Assembly: GCA_040437565.1 (NCBI GenBank)
Contig: JBDOQK010000007.1
Coordinates: 558,001 to 622,000, forward strand
Length of the DNA stretch: 64,000 nt
Direction: 5' to 3'
DNA from: Albugo candida
Lineage: Eukaryota
The notes beneath the pieces were generated by a model. That model made no database searches. It had not been told where the DNA came from and worked only from the letters and a program-made list of their open reading frames with translations. Positions 37,289 to 49,927 of the stretch are shown here, in pieces; the stretch's first letter is position 1; every line of letters starts with the position of its first letter. The translations under genes and the position numbers were made by a program.

Positions 37289-37729
37289 AACTCTTTGTTG
37301 CGAGGATCGGTAAACTGCTTATGTACAAGATAGCGAAACTGATTGTTCATGGCATAGAAAGACCCCATCGTGTTTTAATGATGAGCAATGTAGCACAAGA
37401 ACTCGAAATTAGATCGATCAGTTGGAATAAAAATGCGCACAATGTGTCTTTTTTATACATTGTCCCATCTTTTCACTCTAAATTTGAGTTGTTGGCACCA
37501 GGATACTATTTTAAGCAATGTACTTTTGCACTCTTCTGGGCTTTTTCGATAAAAGTAAGCGTACGCAACGGAAAGACGCGGTCGCGAAAGCTGATATGCT
37601 AATATATCGATACTGACATTGTGGCACAATAGTATTTCGCGATCGACTGTAGGGCATTCAAAGATTGGGTTTTATCTGAAATTATTTATCCAATATTGCA
37701 TTGTTTAGATTATGTTTGCGACATTGTAC

Positions 37730-38928
37730 ATGCGCTTGGGCTGGCGTCAGGACAACGTGCGTCTCATCTCCCACATGCGCTTATATTCTATTTCTTCAAA
37801 GGAGCTCAGAAACATACTGGAAAATGTAAAAAGCGGTGCAGTACGTGCAAAAACCCTTCAATTCGGCCTTCATTGAAAATAGCATGTGGGGTATCATCTT
37901 CAGCTGTCACCGGTAGAAGCAGCTGATTCTATTGCACACACGTACCAAAGCAAACCGTCATACGATTCCGTCGAAAAATATGCGAAACTCGACAGAGACA
38001 GAAAGCAACGTACAGGGTTTCCTGAGGTTGTTTATGCCGAAGGAAAGAGCTACGCACAAATGGCCACGATCCTAGAGAATATGATGCGAAGGCCAGCGGA
38101 GCTTGTGATGGCCACTCGAGTGAACAAAATCGATGCACTACAGCTACTACGGCGACCTATTCTGCAGGTTCGATCCGGCCACTATGACAAGGGCAAACCC
38201 GTGACTCGCTTCACGCATATTGAGTTTACTTTGCATGTCTTATCCAGAATCTTGAATATTATGAAACAGCTCGCATTTTGAGTAATAAACCAACGGGAAA
38301 CGCGTTGCGCAGACGACACGTATGATGTAGTATTTCTTAGTATAAGAATCTTGGTTTATGTGAGGATCTGAATAGACTGGAAGCGTGAGTGTCTTGTGTG
38401 CTGGAACTTCGGATTTGCAAGTAGCGGAAGAAGCAGCTATCACCTTGGGTAAAGCGCTTGTATTGGACCTATTTGAATGCTACGCAAGCCCGTGTATTTG
38501 TAAGTAGAAATTGGGGGGCATCGCGTCGAGCGTTCATATGATGTGGGCGTTGCTGGGATTCATCGACTTTTCCAAAATCTTGACAAAGTCAGTACCTCGA
38601 GTGTTGCGATATGTGTAGCAGGGATGGATGGTGCCCTGCCAAGCGTTTTGGTATGCTGCATGAGAGAATAATCGTCTCGGTCATTGAGGAATTCTTGTTA
38701 GGGCGGCTTGATATCCATTCCAATCATTGCTGTGCCGACAAGCGTGGGGTAAGATTGTGCACAAAACATTTTTCTAAGACTTCATCGCTGTTGCAAAGTT
38801 ACGGCGCTGCCTTTGCAGGTCTGGCACCTCTTTTAACAATGCTCAATTCATGCTCGCCGGGAGTGAGTGTTGTCAATATTGATAATGGATTCGGTGCTGC
38901 CATTTGTGCAGGTGCGTTGACATTTTGA
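37730..38928 (+). CDS. larB: LarB-family (PurE/AIR-carboxylase-like) nickel-pincer nucleotide cofactor biosynthesis protein, about 7 exons
   Basis: Spliced translation contains [78 protein letters not shown] and [20 protein letters not shown]; six short GT-AG introns keep frame. Confidence 0.9.
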
Positions 38929-39329
38929 CGTAGCTGCTTTCGTTGATATTTTTTATATGAAGATCGCATGCTAAGACTCAGTAGCTCTGAGTAATTTGCG
39001 TATAGAGCCGAACCAAGCTTTAAGTGTCCTTTTGTTTGATTGCCTCGAGAATATCCCTCTGGGCCTAGATACGGTACAATGCTCATGTGCTATGCAGTTC
39101 AGCAGGTAACATTCATCATTTATGAAATAAGATTCAATAGGCATTCATATTGCAGAGTCAATTGTCAGTTGCCTTTACGTCAGTGTTCACCTTCTGAGAT
39201 TGTGTGTCACCAAAAGCGCGCTATGGTCTGTACCGTAAAAGTATACCACGCTATCTGAACCCTCTGCATAGTGGAAAAACAGAGACATTGTCGGCGAGTG
39301 AGAAGATGCGGTGCGGTGCACAGCAGCTA

Positions 39330-40050
39330 GAGCTAAAATAAAGGTTACGGTTCCAGCTTTTCACTGTACTCTTATACTGCAACCAGGCTTCTGAACGGAG
39401 CGTTTTGTGCGTGGATTTCGAATAAAGCCATCCTAGAGATGCGGAAGCTTTGTTATTCCGTCAACATCACAGCATATAGCAACTCTTAGTCTCTTCTTTC
39501 GGTGTCTTTTTCCTGCAAATAGATTTTATGATGTCTTTGACTAGTGAAGCACCATACAAGCAAGCCATTCCACTCATTTTGAACACGTATCCCCTTCTAG
39601 TAACCCCTGCGTTCTGTTGCAATGCTGCTTATTCACTCGCAACCAAATCGATACTGAAAAACGCCCCAGCAAAGTACTAGCACTCGTAGCTTAGCCGACC
39701 CGTCTGTGTTGCCACTTGTTGTGAGCTTGCCCAGAATCTTGTCTGTTTCCACCCGAATTGTAGCACCTGCGACGATAGGCACCTGTTATTTTTACATAGA
39801 AAAATAAATTGCAGCAATCCCTCGTCAAACTTTGCGCAAGAAACGTTGCGCTTTGCTTTTTCTCTGAGCTCACATAGCCACATCTAAAAGGCCTTCTGGT
39901 ACTCCCCATTCGTTCTTCTGCGTAGCACACGCGACCGCTTGAACGAGGCCTTCGCCCATGCATCCAGCTCCCGCCATGTGAGCTCTGCATGTGATTGATG
40001 ATGCGCTCGTAATTTCGCCTTACGGGCATGTGCAAACCGCATGCGCAAGT
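39330..40050 (-). mobile_element. pogo/Tigger (CENP-B-like) DDE transposase pseudogene
   Basis: LRAHHQSHAELTWRELDAWAKASF (HTH-like), FKMSGMACLY (FNxDETGLFY-like), KKRLRVAICCDVDGITKLPHL*DGFIRNPR and YKSTVKSW; stops and frameshifts. Confidence 0.7.
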
Positions 40051-42951
40051 ATCGTGCTTGTTTATTGATGCTTTACTATCTACAGCGATAGCGCTGCAGG
40101 GACGATGTTAAAAATGGATCGGCTGCAAGTGGAACGTCTGTGCATGGATCAATATCCTTCATTCTGAAAATTTGTGTGGTACAGTTGAAGGTATCTGTAG
40201 CAGTGGAATTAGATCTACATGNNNNNNNNNNNNNNNNNNNNNNNNNNNNNNNNNNNNNNNNNNNNNNNNNNNNNNNNNNNNNNNNNNNNNNNNNNNNNNN
40301 NNNNNNNNNNNNNNNNNNNNNCATGTGATTGATGATGCGCTCGTAATTTCGCCTTACGGGCATGTGCAAACCGCATGCGCAAGTATCGTGCTTGTTTATT
40401 GATGCTTTACTATCTACAGCGATAGCGCTGCAGGGACGATGTTAAAAATGGATCGGCTGCAAGTGGAACGTCTGTGCATGGATCAATATCCTTCATTCTG
40501 AAAATTTGTGTGGTACAGTTGAAGGTATCTGTAGCAGTGGAATTAGATCTACATGCCGTGTATAAATTCTAGGCGATCCTAAATGATCACTATGCAAATA
40601 GAAAACTTTAATGAAAAAATCTATGCCAGTTGACACAAAATGTCTTGATGCTGATAGTTCTTTGTTGCAGTTGTCTCATCCACCACAACATTGCCCTGTC
40701 TTGAGCCTGAAATAATTCTACGCCGTTCAGTAGGACAGGATAAAAGCACCTTTTCGAAAACGTACTTCCAATTGACTCGGATATTAGCTTTCTCAAAGTT
40801 TCAAAAAGTCACATATACTACTTCTCTACAAGGAGTGACCAAATCTTGTTCTGGTGAGATTTTGAAACTAGTGATGAATCGATCGCTCATTCATCTTCAT
40901 GGTCAATTTTGGCAGAAAATGCTGCAAGTGATGTGCCAAGACTTTCAAGTATTTTCTTATCGCCACAAATTAATGCAGTCGGTCTTCACTTGCCTGGATC
41001 AGATCGTGATTACATTTTATACTTCACCGTGATTGCCACGTAAGTGAAAGGTCACGATTCCTCTTTCTTTGCGGCCAAAATCGACCACTATGGATGGCCT
41101 CTGGTGGCTTACCATTGCCTGATTGCCTTCAAGATCGGAGGCTGTCGATATGGGAAGCTCCGCGATGTTGCGCTGCACTTTCACTCAAGGATTCATGTGA
41201 CTCGATAAGATCAGCCAAAGTGATACTTCTCTATCCATCCATACTTTTTACGTCCATGTGACATACATACCACTTAGAACGTTTCTCTAGGGATTCTTCA
41301 CACATCATCACACAAGGGTGATGACTCATATATTCATGCCATCACCAGTGTTAGTTGTAATGACAGAGTTGCCCGTCAGCATTATCAGACGCTACAAAGG
41401 TTGGTTGTTCTGAAGTGTCGATCTGAATCATAGGAATGTAGGAAGTAGCTTTGCTACTTCCAAAAATTGATTGAGTTGGCTGGCAGGTTCCGCAGTAGCC
41501 GGCAAACTCTGAAAGTAACCTGTGTGCTTTATGGGGAACTATAAGAAACGGCCAGAAGAGTTATGGTTGCAATAATCGTTCGTGCTTATAGTTGAAGATG
41601 GGAGCGTATTCGCCCTCGACAATGACGAAGTGAATTGCTCGGTCTTTCTACAAGAGTAAAGAAATCGAATGCGATCTAATGTGACTCCACTTACATGCAG
41701 TGTTTATCGTGAATACCGATATCGCACAAAATCACCCAAATTTGAGCGTTTAGAAAAAGTCAAAGATAGTTATCCGGAGGACAGGATGCTGGTGAAACCG
41801 ACTCGTGTGCTGCAGACCTTTTTCATAGCTGATAAGAATGACACAGCTGAAGAAGTAATCTTTGTGCTTTATCAGCTGCCAGTACTTTACATATACGAAG
41901 CCACTGAGTGATTTCGCCATGCGAGCTCTTAATACGTTCCGAAGTTGCGAGCGTTTATATCATCCCCGTTGCCTATAAAGTATCCGAGTCTTAGAATTTA
42001 GGTTGGTGAATGACTTTGCCTAATTTTTGAGCATTTGGAGATAGATATATTCAGCTACATGCATCTAATTTTGCCAAAAATCGAATCTTAGCTACTATTG
42101 ACGCTGATGTCTGTGGGTTATACTACTCCGAATACGAGTTGAAAATGCACCAAGTATCACTATTCAATTATGCATATTACAAGGAGATAAACCTAGTTCA
42201 AATTGCCAGACTTGCTACTGCTGCTGATCAGTCCTTTGTTATGCAAGGAGGAGAAGAAGAGCTTGTGGATGTAGAATCGGCCAGGTACGAGGTGATAATA
42301 TTACTGACGAAAACGCACTAATCCGTACTCTGAAAAGTGCCATTTTGCATATGCCGCAGCCAATTCGTTTCTTGTTATTAGTAGTTTGTTGAACATCAGT
42401 CAAATATCTTTCCTTATTCGGGTACATTTGAAGAAACTCAGAAAGTTTGCTGGATCACTCATCATTAAATTTCGGATCTTGCAACATTGATAGAGTATGC
42501 TACCTCGAGGGTATAAACGCGGAGAAACAACGGATCACTCACACTTCGTGAAGATCATGTGTTATATACTTCGACCATGATCCCGACGATTGTGAAGCAG
42601 TATAGCTATGTATAATGGAATCGCATAAACAAAAACAAGCTATCGCTGTTGCGACTATAATAGGAGAAACGAACGTATATGTTACGGCCGGTATTTACAG
42701 AAAGACCAAATAGTGATCTGGAGCTATGTGCAGCTTTGATTGCGTTACGCGTGATCTTGCTGGTTCACGTAGACTTTGATACGTCAATATGGACGGATGC
42801 CCACTGGCCGTAATTCGTAAATTATAATTGATTTTGAAATAGGACGCGATGGTACATGTCAATCATAAATTGAAGAACAATGGTGATGAGGTACATTTAT
42901 ATTGTACATTCTGACATTCAAAGTAACCAAGTCAATGATTAAAAGTGAAAA

Positions 42952-43056
42952 TGTAGACAGCACTCGGAATTCCCCGGTGGTCACCCACCCGAGTACTACC
43001 CGAGCTCGAGGCTGCTTAATTTCGCAGAGCAGACGGGATTTGGCGCTTCCAGCTCA
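42952..43056 (-). rRNA. 5S rRNA copy lacking about the first 14 nt (probable pseudogene)
   Basis: Reverse complement ...AATCCCGTCTGCTCTGCGAAATTAAGCAGCCTCGAGCTCGGGTAGTACTCGGGTGGGTGACCACCGGGGAATTCCGAGTGCTGTCTAC, then ATTTT (Pol III terminator-like); upstream bases cannot form helix I. Confidence 0.88.
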
Positions 43057-43542
43057 ATTTTCGATCCCTTTGAAACTCTGTGTGTCTCGATATTTTGATA
43101 ATACGTACCGCTTTGATTTTGCCGATTGTTGAAATCAGCGATTGCTATGACTGCAGAAAGATACATACCAGACAGGGGTCAAGTTTTCCTCCAACTTGCT
43201 TGTATCTGTACACAATGGTCATTCCAATGCGATAATGCAGTCGCGTTTATTTGCTGAATAATTTATCGTTACCGTGTGAGCAACACCTCTAAATGGAAGT
43301 TGAGAAGGTGTACGAAACTGTACACATTTGCGCACTTGCTCGTGCTCCACGGATACCGTTGATTCATTTACTAACAAGTTTTTGTTTTCTTTGCCGCGTG
43401 CGTTACTTGTCTACCTGGCGATAACGAGCTGACGGATAAAGTGTACATTACTACTGTCGCAAATGATGACCTCCGATTATCGCACCAATGGGTGGCTACA
43501 ATGACTCGTCCAATAAGTTGAATCCTGCAATCTCATTGCTTG

Positions 43543-45169
43543 ATGCAATCTCTACTTCTGTCAAAGCTTCTCGGCCCCGCTACTTTATCGTTACGCTCCT
43601 CAATCAATATTCGATGCATCGCTTCCAATCCTTCAACAAACTGTGCAAATTTTCGAGCGTTGGCGCTACACGAAGCACTCGTAAACAACCTCGAAAGGAT
43701 AGGCATCACAATTCCGACGCAAATTCAGCAAAAGGTGAAATTCTAATGCCTTTCAATTCATTTTGCTGAAGTAATCAAATTCGCAAGCAGGCAATCCCAA
43801 AAATTCTCGAAAACCGTGACGTCGTCATTGCTGCTGAGACTGGAAGCGGCAAAACGCTTAGTTATTTACTTCCTCTTGTGCAACAGTTACGACTGCATGG
43901 TCGTACGCAGAAACAGCCACAGAATTCTCCAGACTGCATCGTCTTAACCACTTCACAGGACCTTGTGAGGCAAATTCAAAGTGTTTTAACACATGTCGAT
44001 GCCGACTTTGCGAAAAATCACACAGCTTATGTGTCGTCGATGAGCACGATATCAAGTGGCACCGACCATCCCTTGAGAATGGTTTTCTCCACACCGAGCG
44101 CATTACTACGGGCATCCAAACCAAAAGACTTTGATTTCGTGCGTCATATAGTCGTTGATGAAGCTGATATGCTGTTGAGTGGTGGAGCTGAGAAAGATAC
44201 AAAATTACTGCTTGCAACGATTCGAAATCGGGCACGAGACAGCGGGTATACTTTTCAGTGTATATTCAGTGCAATATCCTTCCACCTTTTGAAAGCTTCC
44301 ATTCGCTTGTTGAGCACTCAATATTCCTTGACTCTATTCTCTCTGTGCACGCCACGATATTAGACTACGGTAGACGTTCCGTGAAACAATATATTCAGCA
44401 GAAGCATCCCGATAGCGATTTCGTTGAAACCACAGTAAGTTTTCATATGCAGTTTCGAACCTCATGAGCTCACAATTGCCGAAGTATTTCCAGCAGCTTG
44501 TGCCACAGCTGAAGTCCTCAAACTACGATTTGGAGGAGTTTGCAAAATCACAGCCTGCAACATTTGAAGATCGATGTGCCTTGTTATGGGACATCTTGAA
44601 ACATTCGGTGGAGACTGCCCAACAACCGCAGATCTTAATTTTTGCAAACACCATACAGAGTGCAGAAGCCTTGCAAGAATTTCTGATCAATGAAAAAGAG
44701 TATCATTGCTCTTTGCTGCATAAAAATGTCGATCCGTTCTCCCGCCGTCATATTGTCCATCAACTGACTCACAACGGCAGCAGCAATACAATTGTTCCTG
44801 TAGATGCCCCAAAAACAATCATTTGCACTGATATCGCATCTCGTGGGCTCGATACACTAAGCGTCGGCCATGTGATTCAGTTTGAGTTTGCCAGAGATGC
44901 AATCAGTTACATCCATCGTACTGGGCGAACTGCTCGAGCTGGTCATCCTGGAAAAGGTACTTGTACAAGCTTCATCTGCTTTTTCGGTTTCCACTAAGTT
45001 TAAATTGCTGTCTGTAGTCTCAAATATCATCAGCCATGAAAATCGCATGTTAGTTGACAGAATGGACACCGCGATAGCGGAATCTCAATCAATGAGCCAA
45101 GCTTTTAGCCGCAAACGGAGCCTAAGGAAATCATACAGGAAGCAGAATCGCAACGATTCGAGTAACTGA
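43543..45169 (+). CDS. DEAD-box RNA helicase, probably organellar (multi-exon)
   Basis: PTQIQ, AETGSGKT, VVDEAD, CTDIASRGLD, YIHRTGRTARAG; presequence-like N-terminus. Confidence 0.9.
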
Positions 45170-45248
45170 TTGCATATTTTAATCCAGATGATCAAAAACC
45201 GCCATGAATTCTCCATTTACTTCTGCGCACGTGCTCCTAATTTCTTAT

Positions 45249-47801
45249 TTAACCATGTTTCGGAATACTCGGTACATTGGATGCGTGTGGCGGGAATGCC
45301 AACTGGAGACTGGGTTGAGAATGCGAAGAATCACTCGATTGGCATCGATGGCACTTAAGTTGAGGATGGTCAGGTTTTCGGAGCCGAAGCATCTCACACG
45401 ATATACAGGCGATATCTTGATCCTTTTCAGATTCTCTCATCGTTGGTACTTCAGCATTACATCCTGCTTGTGATTCGTTGCTCCTGGCATTTGGTGCATT
45501 CATATACGTATCAATAAATGAATTCGAAGTCCGATCCATCCAATCATGAGTTCGTTGTCGTTTCATCTCTCGTTTCACGCAACTGATTTTGGGATTGTAG
45601 TTGTTGTGCATCGAGTCTCGTGAGACGACATTTTGCGTCCGACTCGCTAATATATCTAACAAAAAGCTCATGGAGTCAGCGCAAGCTTCAGAATATGCTT
45701 CATGCTGATCGACATGGCTTCCGCTTCCAATTTCTACATTGTCGATTGTAAATACCCAATGATGAAGCAATCCATGATAATACCAAACGTGTCGATCGCC
45801 AGCTATCGACGCTAGAGTAGCAAGCCTTTTCCAAAGTTGTTGGAATGCTAAATAGATACTATACGGCTCATTTCGACGAATATTCCTCATCACTAAACTA
45901 GTTTCATTGATGACCGATTGCCACATTTCAGATTGACTCAAAAGCCTCTCGAGGACTTGCTTGTATAATGTCACGGTATTTCCACCTTCTATGCACATCC
46001 ACTTCCGGTCCCTGATTGTGACGAGCGCCTGGTTTCTTTCCAGAATCACTTTCAAGTGAAATTGCCTGCAGAGGTGTTCAGCACGCCTGATGTATTCCAG
46101 ATAAAATTTCAATTTCCGGGGTTTCTTGGTCACATGCTTTACAGCGGCAACTCGTGACGATAACACGTCCGCAAAGACCACCAATAGAGAGTAAATGAAG
46201 TGATGGCGCCTGGAATATATAAATGAAGGAAGCTTCAATACATCTGGAATAAACGCTTGCGTATCAAATGAACTGTCAGATGCCCGGAAGGATCCATTTT
46301 TGCTCTTTGATTGTGCACCTACGCAATTCGATGAGGAAGCGTTCTCTTTGCTCATTTGGTCCCCTAAAGTGCTACTGTCCTGTCGTGTGATTTCTCTATG
46401 CACTACTGACTTCATTGACGGACTCATCGATAGATCTTCATTGGCCATGTCATCCAGATCATCAGGTCTGGTAAGTTCTAGTGCATAACTTGCACACCTG
46501 GGTGGTACATTCGTTTCTCTTCCGTGTTGCTCCGGCGGGATTTTGTTTGCCTCATCCTCCTGCCTTATTTCTTTCATTTGCAAGTCCTCTTGTTTAAGTG
46601 ATATCAACTCGCTTTTGTTGGAGTATACCAGTCCATCAAGCCTGTAGCGGCCATGAAGATATTCACCCGCAGATATCGTGCGTACAGATTTGGTCAGTGA
46701 GGGTTCTGATCGAGTTGGGAGAACTTTTGTCGGCGCATTGCAACTCTTTTCTGACAGATTTGTCGGTGTAGCAGCTCCTAGAGTCCCTTTTTTGTGGATT
46801 GCAGGCATAGCGTCGACGTCGTTGTTCAAAGATGTTTCAGCCGCTTTCTGCTGTTCATGCACAGTCTTTTCGTCTGCTGAATTGATATTTGATAGAGGTC
46901 CCATTTCAGGCTTCAAACCGTTTTCGTTGAATTTCATTTTTGTTGTGACCGTCGGCGACTTGGCTTTCGGTTCGATGGAAGTGCTAGAACTTGAGTGCAA
47001 AAGCTCTTTTACCGTAGAGATATTCTCCACGGCTGAGGCTGGTTGCCTTAAAGATGACAGGGTGTTTCGCAGAGCGGACATGCTTTTTCTACGACGTCTT
47101 TCTTCAGCAGTATTAAAATTCGATGATGAGATAGTTAGCCTATTGCCATTCTGAATATATCTCCCCCCTCCAACCGTTTTCGTATCGCCTTGTTTTTTCC
47201 CCAATGGAATCAGAAAATTTCCAGGCTCACGGGCTTCTATAGTCTTTTTCTTTCGGATTTTCTTCTCTGAAAATCTCGTAGTAGTATCTAAGGTCGTGCT
47301 TGTGCGTGCCTTCGGAGTCGATAGAGCGGAAGTGCCTTCCATATGTGATTTTATGGTCCGCTGTGATTTACTGTTCTTCGATTGAAAGTTTCTCATGCTA
47401 AGCATTTCTTTTTTTGATCGTACGGAGGGCTTCATGACCGTCGACGATGCTTTTCTAACTCCTGTTCCATCACCGGTCACTGATTGCGGAGCATCTGAGC
47501 TGATTGATGAGCCTGTAGACGCCGTATTCTTTTTATCTCCCTCTTTCGTAGTGGATTTCTTCAGAAACGACATGGCGGACCTGTTTTGCGTGCTTGCAAG
47601 CAGTAAACCACGTCGCATTTGACAGAAATCATTCGAACAGAAACGAGCCACGCTGTTTTGTAAGACTTGCTTACAAAATGCATTCTCGCAATAAAATATT
47701 CGCCCTTTCGTTCCTGATGCTTTTTTCTTGGCTGTATCGATTCGAGATGTCTTTCTACGGCGTCGTACAACACTAGAAGAGACCTTTATATTTCCGGACA
47801 T
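45249..47801 (-). CDS. Hypothetical protein: N-terminal Cys4 motif, long low-complexity linker, dsRBD-like segment, C-terminal Cys4 motif
   Basis: 850-aa open frame; CENAFC...FCSNDFC; WVFTIDNVEIGSGSHVDQHEAYSEAC; CISC...CHRC. Confidence 0.65.
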   Translation of the reverse strand: MSGNIKVSSSVVRRRRKTSRIDTAKKKASGTKGRIFYCENAFCKQVLQNSVARFCSNDFCQMRRGLLLASTQNRSAMSFLKKSTTKEGDKKNTASTGSSISSDAPQSVTGDGTGVRKASSTVMKPSVRSKKEMLSMRNFQSKNSKSQRTIKSHMEGTSALSTPKARTSTTLDTTTRFSEKKIRKKKTIEAREPGNFLIPLGKKQGDTKTVGGGRYIQNGNRLTISSSNFNTAEERRRRKSMSALRNTLSSLRQPASAVENISTVKELLHSSSSTSIEPKAKSPTVTTKMKFNENGLKPEMGPLSNINSADEKTVHEQQKAAETSLNNDVDAMPAIHKKGTLGAATPTNLSEKSCNAPTKVLPTRSEPSLTKSVRTISAGEYLHGRYRLDGLVYSNKSELISLKQEDLQMKEIRQEDEANKIPPEQHGRETNVPPRCASYALELTRPDDLDDMANEDLSMSPSMKSVVHREITRQDSSTLGDQMSKENASSSNCVGAQSKSKNGSFRASDSSFDTQAFIPDVLKLPSFIYSRRHHFIYSLLVVFADVLSSRVAAVKHVTKKPRKLKFYLEYIRRAEHLCRQFHLKVILERNQALVTIRDRKWMCIEGGNTVTLYKQVLERLLSQSEMWQSVINETSLVMRNIRRNEPYSIYLAFQQLWKRLATLASIAGDRHVWYYHGLLHHWVFTIDNVEIGSGSHVDQHEAYSEACADSMSFLLDILASRTQNVVSRDSMHNNYNPKISCVKREMKRQRTHDWMDRTSNSFIDTYMNAPNARSNESQAGCNAEVPTMRESEKDQDIACISCEMLRLRKPDHPQLKCHRCQSSDSSHSQPSLQLAFPPHASNVPSIPKHG

Positions 47802-48108
47802 CTTACGACATCAAAGACGAATCAGACGACAATCGAGTACTTTTCAACCAATCGAAATCGATGACGTAATGGAAGAGAAGTTGAAGCGATTGCTCAAGTC
47901 GTAAAATGAGTCTCAGAAAAAGAAGTAATGATGCTCTCCACATAGACAGGACGATTTCTGTATGGTGTTTACTAGCATGACCGAGAGATAACTTGTTTGA
48001 AAATAACTTGTTTGGCGCTCACATGGCGATGAGTAAAGGATGAGAATTTTGCAAGAAGGAAATGGCCTCCAAATCTATACATTAACGACTAAAAGCACAC
48101 TATAAAGA

Positions 48109-49038
48109 TCACTTTCGACTGCTTGCACTGAATGAGATGACAGCGATAATAACTAACATCAATAATATTCCAATACCAATCATTTTAAATTTTGTACATT
48201 TGAACCAGCCGGTCTTCTTGTCAGCTTGACGAACATTTTCCAATGCACCCGCGACATTTTCTTTGACATTTTCTGTGTTTTCTTGAACGTCAACTGCAAG
48301 CGAGATACGTGAGCATTCATAAATATCAAAAACGCAACAGACAAAATACATCACATACCAACTGTCTCGCCTTGATCTTCAACTAGACCATCGATTTCTC
48401 GGAATGCGGCATTGACTTCACGCAGCTGATGATTGATGTGAACGATATCCTCTTCCCTTCTAGCCAAGTCTATGTATGTCATATAAGAAGTCAAGCAAAG
48501 GCTTAGAACCAAGAATTTGCGTCGAACCGTCTTCATCGTAAGTCGTGACGTTTGCTTGTGCGTATATCTGATCCTCATTATAATTTCCAAAGCCGAATTT
48601 GGGTTTGATATCGACTTCACTAACACGTTCATACGAAGTCGATGATCGCCGAATGTGTTCGATGGTCTGCTGTTCGCTTGTGATAAGACGCTCACACGTA
48701 GCTTCAAATGATTTTAATTGATTCTTGAAATCACTTGCGAGCTTATTGACCTGTGCCTTCCTTGAGCGCTCTTGAGATCCACCCTGACACGCTCGATTGA
48801 GTTCTTGAATTCTCCGACTCAATTTGGTTGACATTTTATTTCCTTTATCGGTTAGTTCCTTAATCTGATTGTGATTGTCTCTTGAATCTTGCGGTGTGCC
48901 GAATAAGGACATTTTCTGAGCGATCGAACGTGTCACTTGATTGAAACTGCTTATTCCCTTGGAGCTTTCTTGAACGAGGCGATTATAACGCTCATCTGAA
49001 TACGTAGGTGAGTCGGCGGAAACATATCGGTCACCCAT
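48109..49038 (-). CDS. Syntaxin (Qa-SNARE, STX7/12/PEP12-like), spliced
   Basis: Habc region (GTPQDSRD..., KLASDF), SNARE motif RREEDIVHINHQLREVNAAFREIDGLVEDQGE, C-terminal TM helix. Confidence 0.88.
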
Positions 49039-49465
49039 TATTTCTAAGCTTGTCGAATGAGAAGCTGGCAAAAATTGAAATATGTAGAGTCAACTCAATG
49101 TCCGAGAGAATTGAGCCAATTTGCAGAGAGTAGTATTACGGTATTGAATCGTGGTTTCGTTACCGATTTGAGTCNNNNNNNNNNNNNNNNNNNNNNNNNN
49201 NNNNNNNNNNNNNNNNNNNNNNNNNNNNNNNNNNNNNNNNNNNNNNNNNNNNNNNNNNNNNNNNNNNNNNNNNNGGTATTGAATCGTGGTTTCGTTACCG
49301 ATTTGAGTCATACTGTAGTCAAGTGGATATATTGTACCGTATCTATCAAAGTAATCATTTCTCGCAGTAATGACAGAGACCGGGCCTTAACCGCACTTTG
49401 CATAGGGATAACCCTCCCTTTCCATTCCATTCACAATACAAAATACCCTCGACAGAGTCGAATAA

Positions 49466-49927
<462 letters not shown>

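Noticed and set aside
37730-38928. larB as bacterial contamination, or as ordinary PurE
   Set aside because: It has multiple spliceosomal introns and eukaryotic neighbours. The RTGFPEV, AGTSD, PTSVGYG and [10 protein letters not shown] motifs are LarB-type, not PurE.
40600-41050. Signal-peptide-like start (MLIVLCCSCLIHHNIALS) of a possible secreted protein
   Set aside because: Immediately interrupted by stops and no family motif is recognisable.
38930-43400. Possible larA/larC/larE cluster next to larB
   Set aside because: No PP-loop (SGGxDS), LarC or LarA motifs were recognised. The region holds a transposase relic and uninterpretable decayed sequence.
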